Shown piece after piece: positions 13,481-25,619 of a stretch of DNA of 64,000 nucleotides. The position numbers were made by a program, and so were the translations under genes. The DNA comes from Octopus bimaculoides (lineage: Eukaryota), in NCBI RefSeq assembly GCF_001194135.2, contig NC_068985.1, forward strand, positions 19,239,238-19,303,237. Direction: 5' to 3'. How positions within the stretch are numbered: the stretch's first letter is position 1; each line of letters begins with the position of its first letter. The notes beneath the pieces were generated by a model. It ran no database searches, was not told the DNA's origin, and was given only the letters and a program-made list of their open reading frames with translations.

Positions 13481-13569
13481 AGATATGTATTTCTATCGCT
13501 GGAATCTTCATTTACATACAGAATTTCCCGCGAAGGTAGGTAGCCACTCTGTTATGTGTTTCGATATAT

Positions 13570-14150
13570 TCTGAAGTGGTGGCCTGATGAGACAGTCAGC
13601 CAGGGTGTGAGTAAGATCTCATTAAACTGACAACGCTTGAAGCATTTAGGATTGACATTTTTGTCCTGAGCATAATTACCAGGTCTTCAGTTTCTCCTTT
13701 TATTCGAGAGTTTTGGGACCATATCGAGTTCTGTTGATTTAACTCCAATATTCTGTTCATTTCTTCAGGGTTTTTATTTTTGTTTTCTTCTTACCTTTTT
13801 TGTTCAACATTTGTTTTTGTCTATAACATCTGGTGTGTTTTGTGTGTTTAAAACTGTGTTTGTGATTTTTGAAGGGTGTGTTGTTAGAGTACCCTATTTC
13901 TGCTAAATATTTCTCTGCTTTGTTGTGTATTAAACCCGCTTTATTTGTTCTGTGCTACCATGTTTGTAATAAGGTCCCTCACTTTTTATGGAGGTCAGTT
14001 CCAGTTCAACTGCAGACTAATTATAGACCATATCTATTTCCACAAACTCGCAATCTGATTCGGGATGTAAATGCGCTAACGGCTTTTGTGTTTTGTAATC
14101 TAAATTTTAGAACAGTTTTAAATATTTTCATGTCAATTTCTTTTATTTCC
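13570..14150 (-). mobile_element. Highly degraded R4/Dong-like LINE fragment
   Basis: Minus-strand translation keeps IKGETEDLVI and NPKC..C..NE, comparable to the GETE..I.AAQDQ..DPKCRxC motif in the clearer copies at 32.5 and 62.3 kb. Confidence 0.45.
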
Positions 14151-15479
14151 TACAGACTGTGCTAGATTAATCATTAATTAAAATAAGCACACGCTCAGGG
14201 CATCAAATGAAGAGGGGAGAACACAGAAATGGCAAATGATTTACGGCACAAAAGAAATCGCTTTAAACATGCTAAAATAAAATTCAGGATGCCTTTATCT
14301 CTACTAAGTATAGAAGCAGATGTGTTAGTAAGATTAATTTTGAGGATCCGATCAAAGACTTGGTAATTAAAAATAAGTAGGAGAAAGCTTTTCGAATGTA
14401 AATGAAGTGGAAGTAGGCAAAAATTATTTTCAGTCTTACTGTTAGTTTTGTTTCATTTTGAAAAACAAATATATTTTATGGTTTATTGTTGTTTATATTT
14501 TGAATTACATATATATAAAGGTACCAAAATCTTTTAAGTGCTTAGAACTCAGTATAAAGCTATATCCATACCACATAAATGTTACTTTATTTATTAATGG
14601 CTGTTTTTACATCCATAAGAGCCTCATCTATAATAAGGTTATTCGGATTTAGATATTGATAGAGCCATTTACTTTTAGTGTTACTGTTAGGGTTTCGCAA
14701 AAGCTAGGAAGAAATGATTGACCGAGTTGCGAGCTACTCATTTCTCTATATTTTTAAAGAAAGGATTGTTTATTTTTGTGCCAGTTATTCCGGTGTTTGA
14801 GATGGGCATCTTACTTTATTTAAATATTGTCATATGTGTGTGCAAGACATCCAGATGCTTAATTCAGAAATGTTGAACTTTATGTAATGCAGACGACTTC
14901 CAGATGGCTCTCCCTTGCATGTCTTCTATAACATATTTTTTCCTGAAATACCTGTCTATTACTGCAGTAGTATATGGTTCAATTTTTTTGTTCCATGGAT
15001 TACTTTATTTCTTATAATAATTTTTTACTTTCCATAGATTTTATATTTAAAAAAAATATGTTTGTCTGAATATTCTCCACATTTGTGATGTGTTCTTTAT
15101 TAATATAAAAGGTATTTTTAGTTTATTTTCTTATAAGATTTTCACTTCACTGAATAGTTTGAATATCTCAAAATCAAAACAAAAAGAAAGAAGGAAAGAA
15201 ATATGTTTTCTCCGTATTTTGGCTTCCTTCTCTTGAATTAATCTTTTGTAACAAGTCAACAGTTAATCTGCAACGCGATCACATGAGCGGTGCAAACGTA
15301 ATTTTGCAATGGCCGTTTTCAAAATAAAATTGAACAATCCTTATCTTTTTTCTGTATTTCTCCATTCTTAACAATGAAAATTCTCCCAAATTTTTGTTAA
15401 GTACATGTAAAAAACAAAAGATGCTATACTTTGAAAAGTCATTTAAATTTTAAAATGGAAAGTAAATTTTGCGTCACTC

Positions 15480-15660
15480 TGTAGAAATAACGGCTAAATC
15501 TCCTTCAAATCACGTTATCTTAAAGAAGGACGTATTCGATAACGTATTTCTATATTATGTCTATGTCTGATAAAATTGATAGAGTGACCAGTGCTAGAAT
15601 ACTTCTGAATTAAAATATGATCTACCATGATTGATCTGTAACTAAAAGACTAGGGCCGGG
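15480..15660 (+). mobile_element. SINE tail module C (GAAATAGCAGC.AAATCTCC...GATCATAGGTCT...GGGGCTA); other copies at 47670-47835, 50930-50985 (minus) and 57275-57350 plus 57820-57950
   Basis: Four dispersed diverged copies of the same ~170-bp module in the window. Confidence 0.55.
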
Positions 15661-16119
15661 TAAAACCCAGTAATGGATTTTCAGGTACGCCATGCTATTA
15701 TTCTTTCTCTCCTTAAAAAAACAACAAAAAACAAAAAAAACTGTCTTCATTATGGTACCCATGACCTTATTAAAGTAAGTAGGAGAAAAATCGTTTTAAC
15801 TGACAATATACAGTATACTTATATATAAACCGTTGTAAAATAATGCGGTAACTTTTCGGAGAACTTTTGTTTTTCTTTACATATGTGGATAAAGAAGAGT
15901 CATTCGACAGAAAAATCAGAGGAAATAAAAAAAAGGTATTATCGACAAAAGATACCGAAAGGAAGGTAAGAAATTAAAACTAGAAGACAAAGAGGGGACA
16001 ATTCTAGAGTCTCAGTATTAACGAAAGCAACTGAAAAAAAAAAGAAGATATATTGCAGTTCTACTGCGAAGTTTAAGAGATTTAAATAAGAGATTTGAAG
16101 TGGATTAAATATTCCAATG

Positions 16120-16492
16120 CGAAACAAGCATTGTTGTAAGGTTAGCGAGCTGGCTTTGCAGCCTTGTGGTTTCGGATTCAGTTCCACTGCGTGGTACCTT
16201 GGGCAAGTGTCTTCTATCATAACCCCGAGCTGTATGAGTGTTTTTGAGTTTGTGTTTGTCTCTCTCCCCACCATCACCACCACCCCTACCACCACCACCA
16301 CCACCACCATCACTTGACAACAGTTGTTCTTTTTCACGTTTCCGTAGCATAACAGTTCGGCAAAAAAAAAGCGATGTAAGTGTAAGACTTCAATAAAATA
16401 AGTACTGGGGTCGATTTCTTCGACTAAACCCTTCAAAGTGGTGCCCCAGCATGATCGTACTCCAATGGCTGAAACATATAAAAGATAAAAAG
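16120..16492 (+). mobile_element. SINE family B, full length
   Basis: GGATTCAGTTCCACTGCGTGGTACCTTGGGCAAGTGTCTTCTA...AAGTACTGGGGTCGATTTCTTCGACTAAA...GGTGCCCCAGCATG...GCTGAAAC. Confidence 0.8.
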
Positions 16493-16521
16493 TATAACCA
16501 CTTTATATGACTGCGTAATTG

Positions 16522-16733
16522 GTTTCGATTTTTTAGAAAAGGGCCAGCAATGTTTAGGAGTGGAATATGTTGATTACATCGACTTCAGTGTTCAACTGGT
16601 ACTTATTTTATTGACCCCGAAAGAATGAAAGGAAAAGTCGACTTCGGCATAATTTGAACTCAGAACATAAAGACGTTCGAAATTCCGCTAAGCATTTTGT
16701 CCGACACGCTAACGAATCTGCCAGCTGCCGCCA
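16522..16733 (-). mobile_element. SINE family A, full length, with 18-bp TSD
   Basis: TATATGACTGCGTAATTG at 16504-16521 and 16734-16751; family A head, core and tail lie between. Confidence 0.92.
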
Positions 16734-18142
16734 TATATGACTGCGTAATTGCATGTAACGTTGTTACAAATGTGAACACTATAGAAAACATGTCATTATG
16801 TTAAGAATCACCTTCAGTTTGGTACCACTCTGTCAATCCGTTTTGTGCGCTTACAGTTTCCAAAATCAAATGGCTTTCACTGTAACGACCACTAAATCTC
16901 AATGTTAACTATTAAATAGAATAGGACTATTCTTCCCAGATTATATATTTATTCATGAACAGTTGTACGTTGCTCTGTCAAGAACTACACGATATGTTGC
17001 ATAGATGATAACAATGTCGGAGGTCAAAAAAAAAAGACCATCAACAGTAAGTGTACCGAAATTTTCAAATATCAAAATTTTCTCCTTAACTTTTACATCA
17101 TCTGGATACTCGCTTCAGATAAATTTACACATGCTCGCGCTCACTTATAACAAAGTAAGGGTATCATGTTTATTCTTTGATTACATTCGTTTCAATAACA
17201 TATGGGGTAAAAAATAATTTAATAACCAACCTGGAAAACATGAAAGTAAGCAATGATTATATAATATTGTATATAACATAAAACTTAATCATTTTATAAA
17301 GATCGCATGAAAGAAAATTTCATTCATCTCTGCTTCTACTGAAACATTGTCCCTTTCTATTCGTTCTGTTAGCGGGGAGCGAACCACATGGATTCGCGGA
17401 TTCCTTTTTATTTACACACTCACACACGCATGAATATATATATATATATAAACATACACGCATATGTATATTTTATATATATATATATGAAGAAATAGAA
17501 GAAATATTTCCTTTAAAATTATTAACTACTGAAAAAATAAAATCTTAGAAAACCAGAATGACACGTGTCAAACAATATATCTCGGAATATTTCAGGCATA
17601 GGATTCTTCCTTTGGTTTTCTTTAGGGCGGAATCCATGGTGAGGGAGTGAATGTTAATATAATTTTTAAATTGAAATTTACTCAAGTAAAATAATTGCTT
17701 TAATATTTGTGTATTTTTTTTTTAAATTTAGGATTACTTTATAACATATTTCAACCTTAATCTACCCAGGAAACGAGAACATTTTATTTTGTTTCTATAA
17801 ACTTATAATGCTATTTTGGTGTTTTTGTCTTAGATTTTCGCTATTATCGCTGTATCTGTTCCCCAGATTAGTTTTTCTTGTTTTCTCAGGGATTTCGTTT
17901 CTCTTAAGAGTTTATTTACTGCACATACTTTGGCATACATTAGTTATTTCTCACTGTAATTTATTATAAGGTTATTTTTAATGCTTGATTAAGATACTTG
18001 ATAAGGTCTATTTTTTAAAATGCTATCTTGATGATTTCTGTGATGCGTCTTTAATTTGCTTTAATTTGTTTATTTAACGTTTTGTTTTATTTTCTCTAGT
18101 AAGCATCTAGCCTCGTTTACCACGAGGGTTGATTAAAAGAAT

Positions 18143-18210
18143 TTGATAAGTGAATCATCCCCATGCACTTTATAGATGGAATGCATGGTAGATTCATTGA
18201 CACCAAAATT
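18143..18210 (+). ncRNA. Possible degenerate hammerhead ribozyme
   Basis: TTGATAA (for CTGATGA), GTGAATC...GATTCAT stem, then GACAC (for GAAAC), about 40 nt before (TA)n; both core motifs are mutated. Confidence 0.25.
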
Positions 18211-18247
18211 GCAACTCACAGCATATCTATATGTACATATATCTATA

Positions 18248-18304
<57 letters not shown>

Positions 18305-18854
18305 NNNNNNNNNNNNNNNNNNNNNNNNNNNNNNNNNNNNNNNNNNNNNNNNNNNNNNNNNNNNNNNNNNNNNNNNNNNNNNNNNNNNNNNNNNNNNNNN
18401 NNNNNNNNNNNNNNNNNNNNNNNNNNNNNNNNNNNNNNNNNNNNNNNNNNNNNNNNNNNNNNNNNNNNNNNNNNNNNNNNNNNNNNNNNNNNNNNNNNNN
18501 NNNNNNNNNNNNNNNNNNNNNNNNNNNNNNNNNNNNNNNNNNNNNNNNNNNNNNNNNNNNNNNNNNNNNNNNNNNNNNNNNNNNNNNNNNNNNNNNNNNN
18601 NNNNNNNNNNNNNNNNNNNNNNNNNNNNNNNNNNNNNNNNNNNNNNNNNNNNNNNNNNNNNNNNNNNNNNNNNNNNNNNNNNNNNNNNNNNNNNNNNNNN
18701 NNNNNNNNNNNNNNNNNNNNNNNNNNNNNNNNNNNNNNNNNNNNNNNNNNNNNNNNNNNNNNNNNNNNNNNNNNNNNNNNNNNNNNNNNNNNNNNNNNNN
18801 NNNNNNNNNNNNNNNNNNNNNNNNNNNNNNNNNNNNNNNNNNNNNNNNNNNNNN

Positions 18855-19965
18855 GAAAAGGAACACTCGAGTTGATACGTATAAGGAAAATTAGTCAAGG
18901 TTGAAAATGCTAAATTAATTTTATCATAAAAAACATTTTGGTACCGGTTTCAGTCATTGAGACTTTTTCAATTGTAAGTATGGAAAACAATTAAATTTTG
19001 GAAAAATTAAATGAAAAGTTTTTAAAAAGAATATTTGCATAGTATTCAAATACAAGGGGCATCTTCCTTGTTTCTGCCTGTCTCTGCCTCTCTTTTTTAC
19101 TATTGTGGGTTCGAGGTCGTTGTGAATTCTTGGCAGAGAGGAAGAAGAAGAAGAAGAAGAAGAAGAAGAAGAAGAAGAAGAAGAAGAAGAAGAAGAAGAA
19201 GAAGAAGAAGAAGAAGAAAAGAATACGGGAGTGGTATGATAGTAGCAGGATGTTAACTGGTCAAGTGCCCTGAAAGTGACTTGTTGTGGATGGTAGTAGC
19301 GATTGAATTTTTGGTGTATCTCTTTTGAATGTATTGTTTTTAATATTTGTGTGGGTGTTATTCTAAGCAGCAGTAGTAGTAAAGGAAGGAGGTGGCGGAG
19401 AGGAAGAAGAAGACGAAGAAGGAGAAGAAGAGAAAGAATAATAAAAGAATGCCGGAGTCGTATGATAGTAGTAGGGTGTTAAATGGTCAAGTGACCTAAA
19501 AGTGGCTCGTTGTGGATTATAGTAGTGATGGGACTATTTTTAACGAATTCTTGGGTATCTCTTTTGAGTGAATCATTTTTAATATTTGTGTGTGTGCTAT
19601 TCTAAGGCCGTGGTGGATATGTCATTTGTTGTAGATGTGTTCAAAAGGGGTCTGTATTTTATGATAAAGAACGACTCTACTAATTCGTTGGCTACAGGTT
19701 GTATCGTCCCTGAATTGATAGAGAGGAACAATTCTGAAACTTGGATTTTTGTTATTGGCGCAAATGTCGATGTATTGGCTGAATGCTGTTCTTCTGTTTT
19801 TCGGGATTTTGATCTGGGATCTGTGCAGAGACATCCTTTGACGTAGACTGTTTTTGTTTGGCTTATGTATTGCTTTTGACACCCAGAGCAGGTTAGTGCG
19901 TATATCAGGTTCCCCGAAGCACGTGTGAAGCTTCTTTTCATTGTGAAACGTTGTCCCTGCTTGAA
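18855..19965 (-). mobile_element. Penelope-like element 3' fragment: GIY-YIG endonuclease pseudogene plus duplicated pseudo-LTR-like region
   Basis: NLIYALTCSGCQKQYISQTK then, after a frameshift, NSLRQRMSLHRSQIK..HIDIC, matching the IY..C..C..YIGQT..L..R..H pattern of PLE GIY-YIG domains. Diverged direct repeats at 19135-19380 and 19398-19610. Confidence 0.85.
18942..18971 (-). ncRNA. Degenerate minimal hammerhead ribozyme in the 3' region of the Penelope-like element
   Basis: Minus strand reads TTGAAAA-AGTCtcaatGACT-GAAAC-CG-GTA, with palindromic stem III ACCGGT; stem I does not pair. Confidence 0.35.
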
Positions 19966-20870
19966 GGGCCTTTCAAGCCTCATTCATAACACCGCGGAAT
20001 CCTTCCTTCCACTCTGACTTTCAATGTTGTCTCTCCTACTGTGATAGTCTCGACCATTTTTTCTATATTTTCTTCCGCAACTTGCACCACCATATCAAGG
20101 GTTTGTCCCTGCCAGTTCCTATGGGGTGTTCTGGTGGCCTGGAGGACCACTACCCTCTCCTCCATGCCTAGCAGTATGGCAGCCACCAACCAGGCTACAT
20201 CCACTTCTGGGGGTATTTCCTCCACCCTAACCCTGGAAGCACATCTCCTAGGGTATACGGGTAGAAGAACCACTTCATCCGTTTTTAGCGGTGTTGCTGA
20301 GTTCAGCCTGGCGGTAGCTACCTTTCTGAACTGCACCTCCACCGTTCCAAACTTTTGTCCTCTGGCAAGGTAGGAAATTTCTTGCCAGATTGGTCTCAGT
20401 GTCTTTTCTATTTGAACCGTTGACATGATTTCGATTTTCCTGGCTGTCTCTGAGTATGTTCGGTAAATTATTGTTCTTTCTGTTGCTTCCTTTTAAACGT
20501 TTTTTGGTGGGGACACCTTCGCTTCGTTCCCCTCCCTTTTAAGCATTCCCTTGAACTTGCTCTCATCCTCCAGCCTCACATCTTCGCTTTTTTCTTTTGT
20601 CGCTGCAGCATAATTCCTTGCTTCCATTGCTTCGTCTATCTTCTTTATACGCCTCACCATTTTTTCCTCAGACGACACAAAGTCCGAAGAAGGGCAGTTT
20701 ACAACGTCTGAAACAGAACAATTCAAACTTTCGTAATTCCTCACTCGACGCCCCTCCATTAAACAAGAGGAAAAACGTCGGACCGCCAAGACAGTAAAAA
20801 AAAAAACAAAAACAAAAAAAACACCTGTGTAACAAACAAAACCAACAATCCAACTGACAAACGCTATGCC
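19966..20870 (-). mobile_element. 5' UTR and gag-like ORF1 of an L1/Tx1-like LINE, truncated at the zinc knuckle
   Basis: ORFs 20493-20789 and 19980-20426 are in the same frame, giving ~260 codons with one stop. They end VRVEGRIPRCYE*GLKG, the start of a CX2CX4H knuckle with C mutated to stop; T-rich leader. The clade assignment is inference. Confidence 0.65.
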
Positions 20871-20900
20871 GGAGGCAAACTTCTTACCACACAGCCACTC
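20871..20900 (-). mobile_element. First 30 nt of SINE family B, abutting the LINE 5' end
   Basis: Minus strand GAGTGGCTGTGTGGTAAGAAGTTTGCCTCC versus GAGTGGCTGTGTGGTAAGTAGCTTGCTTAC at 8977. Confidence 0.8.
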
Positions 20901-21084
20901 ATATATATATTTAGTGTTGACTGTCGGAAAAAAGTTAATTCGATATAATAGAAATAATTAATATTTTATTTCGATTGAGACCTCTTACTACTCTGAGTTT
21001 TGCCTATGGGTAGGCAGGATCTTCAATCAAATTACGAAGACCCACAAGCGAAAATCAGGGTAACAAGAAACTGACTCGACCAAA

Positions 21085-21480
21085 ATAATCCTTTCTACTA
21101 TAAGCACAAGGTCTGAAATGTGGGGGAGGGGGATAGTCGATTATAACGACCCCAGTGTTTCACTGGTACTTAATTTATCGACCTCGAGAGAATGAAAAGT
21201 AAAGTCGACCTCGGCGGAATTTGAACTTAGAATTAGCACCGGCGAAATACTGCTAAGCATTTCGCCCGCCCGGCATGCTAACGATTCTTTTCTTTTTCAC
21301 TCAAGGAACAAGACCCAACATTTTGAGGAGTGGGGGCTAGTCCATTAGATTGACCCCAGCACGCAACTGATATTTAATTTATCGATCCCGAAAGGATGAA
21401 AGGCAAAGTCGACCTCGGCGGAATTTGAACTCAGAGCGTAAAGGCAGACGAAATACCGCTAAGCATTTTGCCTGACGACA
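21085..21480 (-). mobile_element. Two tandem SINE family A copies
   Basis: Two GTCGACCTCGGCGGAATTTGAAC cores at ~21205 and ~21410, each with its own tail. Confidence 0.88.
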
Positions 21481-23159
21481 CATTGAGTCCTTGAACAAGA
21501 CAATTTATTTACCGTTGCTCCATTCTTGCCAGCCAGCTGGCAAAAATGAACAGTGCCTGTAATTCAAAGAGCCAGCCTTATCACTTCCTGTGTCGCGCTG
21601 AATCTCTCTGAGAACTTCCTTAAGGGAACGCGTGTCTGTGGAGCCACTTACACGTTAATTTCACGAGCAGTTTTCCGTTGATTGGATCAACTGGAGCCCT
21701 TGTCGTCGTAACCGAAGGAGTGCCAGTTCATATTTAGCCCGACCGCAACTTGAATGTCTATACCGCTGAACTGGTGATCGTTGTTATATTTACCCTTAAA
21801 CAGTGTGATTTTTTGAAGTTGTCTTTCCGTTTGAAAAAAAAAAACAAAAAACCCTCAGATTTCATTCTTTCTCTCTCTTTCTTTCTCTCCCTCTTAATTT
21901 TGCCGCTCTGTTCCCGAATAAGAAATGCGCTCTTGTCTACTGGCTGCTTAGATAAAAATCAGTAGCGCGAAATCGTTCCACCCACGGTATTACAGGTGTG
22001 TGACCCTATCGTAAGTGGAACAAACAAGTCTTTCATGACCGTGGAGTTAATAGATATACTAATGTATGTATGTATGTATGTATGTATGTATGTATGTGTA
22101 TCTATACGCACACACACATATTTGAATGTATATAGAGTGATCTTGTCCTTATCTGTTGCTTGTATACAAAACGCCCCGTTGAGGTATTTTCCCTAAGATA
22201 TTAAATTGTTGCAATTTCCAACTAAATATATATTATAAAAATTTCAGAATAACAGTGTATGTGTGTGAGTGTGTGTGCGTGTGTATGTGTGTGTGTGTAC
22301 GCGCATATATGTATACATGTCTGTGCATGTATACTTGTGTGTATATGTGTATAAAACCTTTGTGAAACTAAGAGCGTTCTTTAGAGTCGTGTGTTAGACA
22401 AAGGATATCACCCAGCAGACGTCACAAATTTGGTGAAACTTTCGTTAACACCGCCTTCATTCCTTGTTCAAAATAACATTCATATTGCTTGGATAATAAA
22501 TGAGCAAAAGAGGTAACAAAGAGTACATTCTGCACTAATCTTGAAAAATATGGCGCCCAGAAAAGAAACAAACGAGTCTTTCATTGCGGTGAAGTTAATA
22601 GATATTGTGATCTTGCTTTTATCTATTAACGCCTGCGATTATTGCCTGTACAAATATACTTTCTTCTTTCTTATAAATTCTCTCTTATTTTTTTGACTGT
22701 ATTAAAGCAGCAATTACCTCTTATTTTTGTCTACCAGAGTGCCGTACAGTGCAGATTAAATGGTGGCTTGCTTTACTGCTATTTATCAGCTAGTTACAGG
22801 CGTCTGGACTGCTTAACTTTTAGAAACTGTCACCGACTCATACTTCTGAAACGTTTCAATGTATATTACTGAATTCGTGCGAACTAATTTCCCTACAAAC
22901 GTAAATTTCAACACATTCGTGGACATCTGCTGGTACTCCCCCCTCTCTCTCTCTTTCTCTCTCACACACGTCTGCATATGTATAGCGATTGCTTTGTAAA
23001 TTTTAACATATTATCTACTCAGGTGCCCAGTATTAATGAAATGTAATTTTGCAATGGGTTGTAATTAAATTGTGAAGGTGCGTGGTCTATTTTTTGTGCA
23101 GTCAATCTCTGTTAATTTAGTTGGTTGCAAGCTGTAAGGTTTTTCATACTGAATTTTAA

Positions 23160-23591
23160 ATATTGGCAAAAGGTCATCAATTTCAAAGGAAAGGGATAAG
23201 TCGATTACATCGAACCCAGTGTTCAACTGGTATTTATGTTATCGACCCCGAAAGGAAGAAAAGAAAAGTCGACCCCGGCGGCATTTGAACCCAGAACGTA
23301 AAGTCGAAAGAAATGCCGTTAAGAATTTTTCCCGACGCGGTAACGATTTTGCCAGCTCGCCGCCTTATGTAAGACTTTTCATATTGGTTTCAGATTTTGG
23401 CACAAGGACAGTAGTTCGAGGAAGGGGCTAACTCAGGTACATCGACCCCCAGTGGTACTTATTTGATGGACTCCGAAAGGATGAAAGGCAAAGTCGACCT
23501 CGGTGTAATATGAACTCAGAACGTGAAAACGGACGAAATGCAGCTAAGCATTTTGCTCTGAATGCTAACGACTCAGCCAGCTCACCGCCTT
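23160..23591 (-). mobile_element. Two tandem SINE family A copies; the second has a 13-bp TSD
   Basis: Cores at ~23270 and ~23495; ACTTTTCATATTG (23374-86) and ACTTTTCACATTG (23592-604). Confidence 0.88.
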
Positions 23592-24074
23592 ACTTTTCAC
23601 ATTGTAAGTGCAAATGTTTCGTTCATGGCTGTTTCTAGTAAACAATTTTTTGGCAACCAGTAAAAGTAAAGAGTGGTTAGTTTGGAAATGCTTATCTGTT
23701 AAAGATAGGAACTCGGTTGACAGACGAAAAAAAAAAAAAAAACTTTTTTATCTCAGTAAAAGATTTTTTTTCTTATTAAATAACGTTTTAATAAATGTTG
23801 AGTAATCGATTTTCGAATCAAAACCCTTCTACTTGTGAGACTTATTCGCATTCCGGAGCCCCTAACTTCAGACAAATGTCTAGTTACTAGTTTCTTGTAC
23901 AGAGAATGTGAAATTAGACATTGCGAGCCTGATAAGGGGGTGTGTCAAAATTTCAATTTTGAAAAGTGTGCTAACTCGTTGGAGTTGGTTGCAGGGGTCC
24001 TGGTTAATGAGAAACCCTTTGGTAAACATCTAACTGTGGTAAAATAAGATGTATTCAATAATTTTAGTCGCGAT

Positions 24075-24294
24075 ATTGGTTTCAAAACTGTGGCACAAAG
24101 CCAGGAATTTCAGGGGAGCCGGGTAAGTCGATTACATAGACCTCAATGATCAACTGGTACTTACTCTATCAACACCTAACCGTTGAAAGGCAGAGTCTAC
24201 CTCGGCGGAATTTGAAATCAGAACATGAGGATGGACGAAATGCTGCTAAGCCTTTTGCCCGGCGTGCAAACGATTCAGCCAGCTCGCCACCTTA
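24075..24294 (-). mobile_element. SINE family A, full length
   Basis: ATATTGGTTTCAAAA tail through GCCAGCTCGCCACCTT head. Confidence 0.85.
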
Positions 24295-25110
24295 ATTTTG
24301 GACACAATATTAACAAAAATTTTGGGATCTAGCGTCCGATCTGCTCGGACTTGAATTATTTTGTGAAGAAATATTCCGACAAGCGCCACTTCTTTAGATA
24401 ATCACTGATAGCTTTTATATGTAACTAGTATCAATAGAGCACTGATCAGTTTTTAAAAAAGTGAAAATATTCAGTGTTCGAACATCGATATTTGGAAGAG
24501 GTTATATTTGAAGCTAGTTGCAATAGAATTTATCTTCAAATAGTGCAGTGGCAATGGTTCGGTAAGTCAGTTTATGCATTCTGTTAGACGAAATGGTTTC
24601 TCTCACTGTTTCTGCACACGTTGGTTCGGGAGGTTTTCCTTCAGAATTTGAGTGCCATTCAATATCTTCCTTGAGATTGAGCACATAGGAAGTGCTGTCT
24701 GCTTTTGACAAGGAATAATTCAACGCCAGCAATTTTTAGGAGGTATGAACCAAATTGTATGAATACAAACCTGTACACAACATTGACACTTCGGGGATCA
24801 GATATAAGCAACCTTTCACTTTTTTCTCCAAAGGGCTTTTTAGAAATAAATATTTACACGTTATCATTTATAATTTCTCTACTTCAAGTTCAACCATTAA
24901 AAACGAATTGTTTCATATTTTACTACAACAAAAGCAGAGAGCTGACAGAGTCGTTAGCACAGCAGCAGTTCACCCGTCCTCACGCTCTAAGTTCCAATTC
25001 CTTTGCCTTTCGTACTTTCGAGGTCTGGGATCGATGTAACTTCTCCCCCAAACTTCTTTACGTCCTGTGTCAAAATTTGAAGCCAATACACAACTCTTGC
25101 AATACTATAT

Positions 25111-25170
<60 letters not shown>

Positions 25171-25172
<2 letters not shown>

Positions 25173-25222
25173 GAGGGGTGCTGAGAAGTTCCTGGCTTTA
25201 AGGATATCGCAAAAGGCCTGGC
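25171..25222 (+). mobile_element. Left end of the same mariner MITE family as 26495-26723
   Basis: GGGGTGCTGAGAAGTTCCTGGCTTTAAGGATATCGCAAAAGGCCTGG parallels 26515-26560. Confidence 0.7.
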
Positions 25223-25619
25223 AAAAGAGAGGGAAGCAGAAAAAAGAAAAGAAGAAAGAAAGAAGGGAGGAAAGAAAGAGGGAGGGATGGAGGGAGAAAG
25301 AGTGAATTTACTGAAAAGCGAGTGAAATTGACAAGAATGACCCTCTTGAATTGAATGCTCCCACTCTTAGCTTGTAGGCAGGAGAACACAGCTGGGATAA
25401 AGCACTTCTTGAGAGTCAGAGCTTTCCCAGTATTTATGGCTTCCTTGAATGGCGTTTGGTAGCTTTCCTCCTCCTGGTGCATCTCATTTGATGTTTTTGT
25501 ATACTGTTGCTTTTCATGCCTGTTCTTTCTGGTAACGATTCTACGAAAACTCCTACCGTTTCTGTAATTTATCTTTGTAATGTGTCTTTGGTTTTGTTAT
25601 AAGGTTGCTTGAAGTCAGG

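Noticed and set aside
13585-13610. CTGATGA motif
   Set aside because: No downstream stem II/GAAA, and it lies in a decayed Dong-like coding remnant.
24514-24732. 72-aa minus-strand ORF and a plus-strand GTAAGT donor-like site
   Set aside because: No recognisable domain and no consistent acceptor/donor pair; cannot support an exon.
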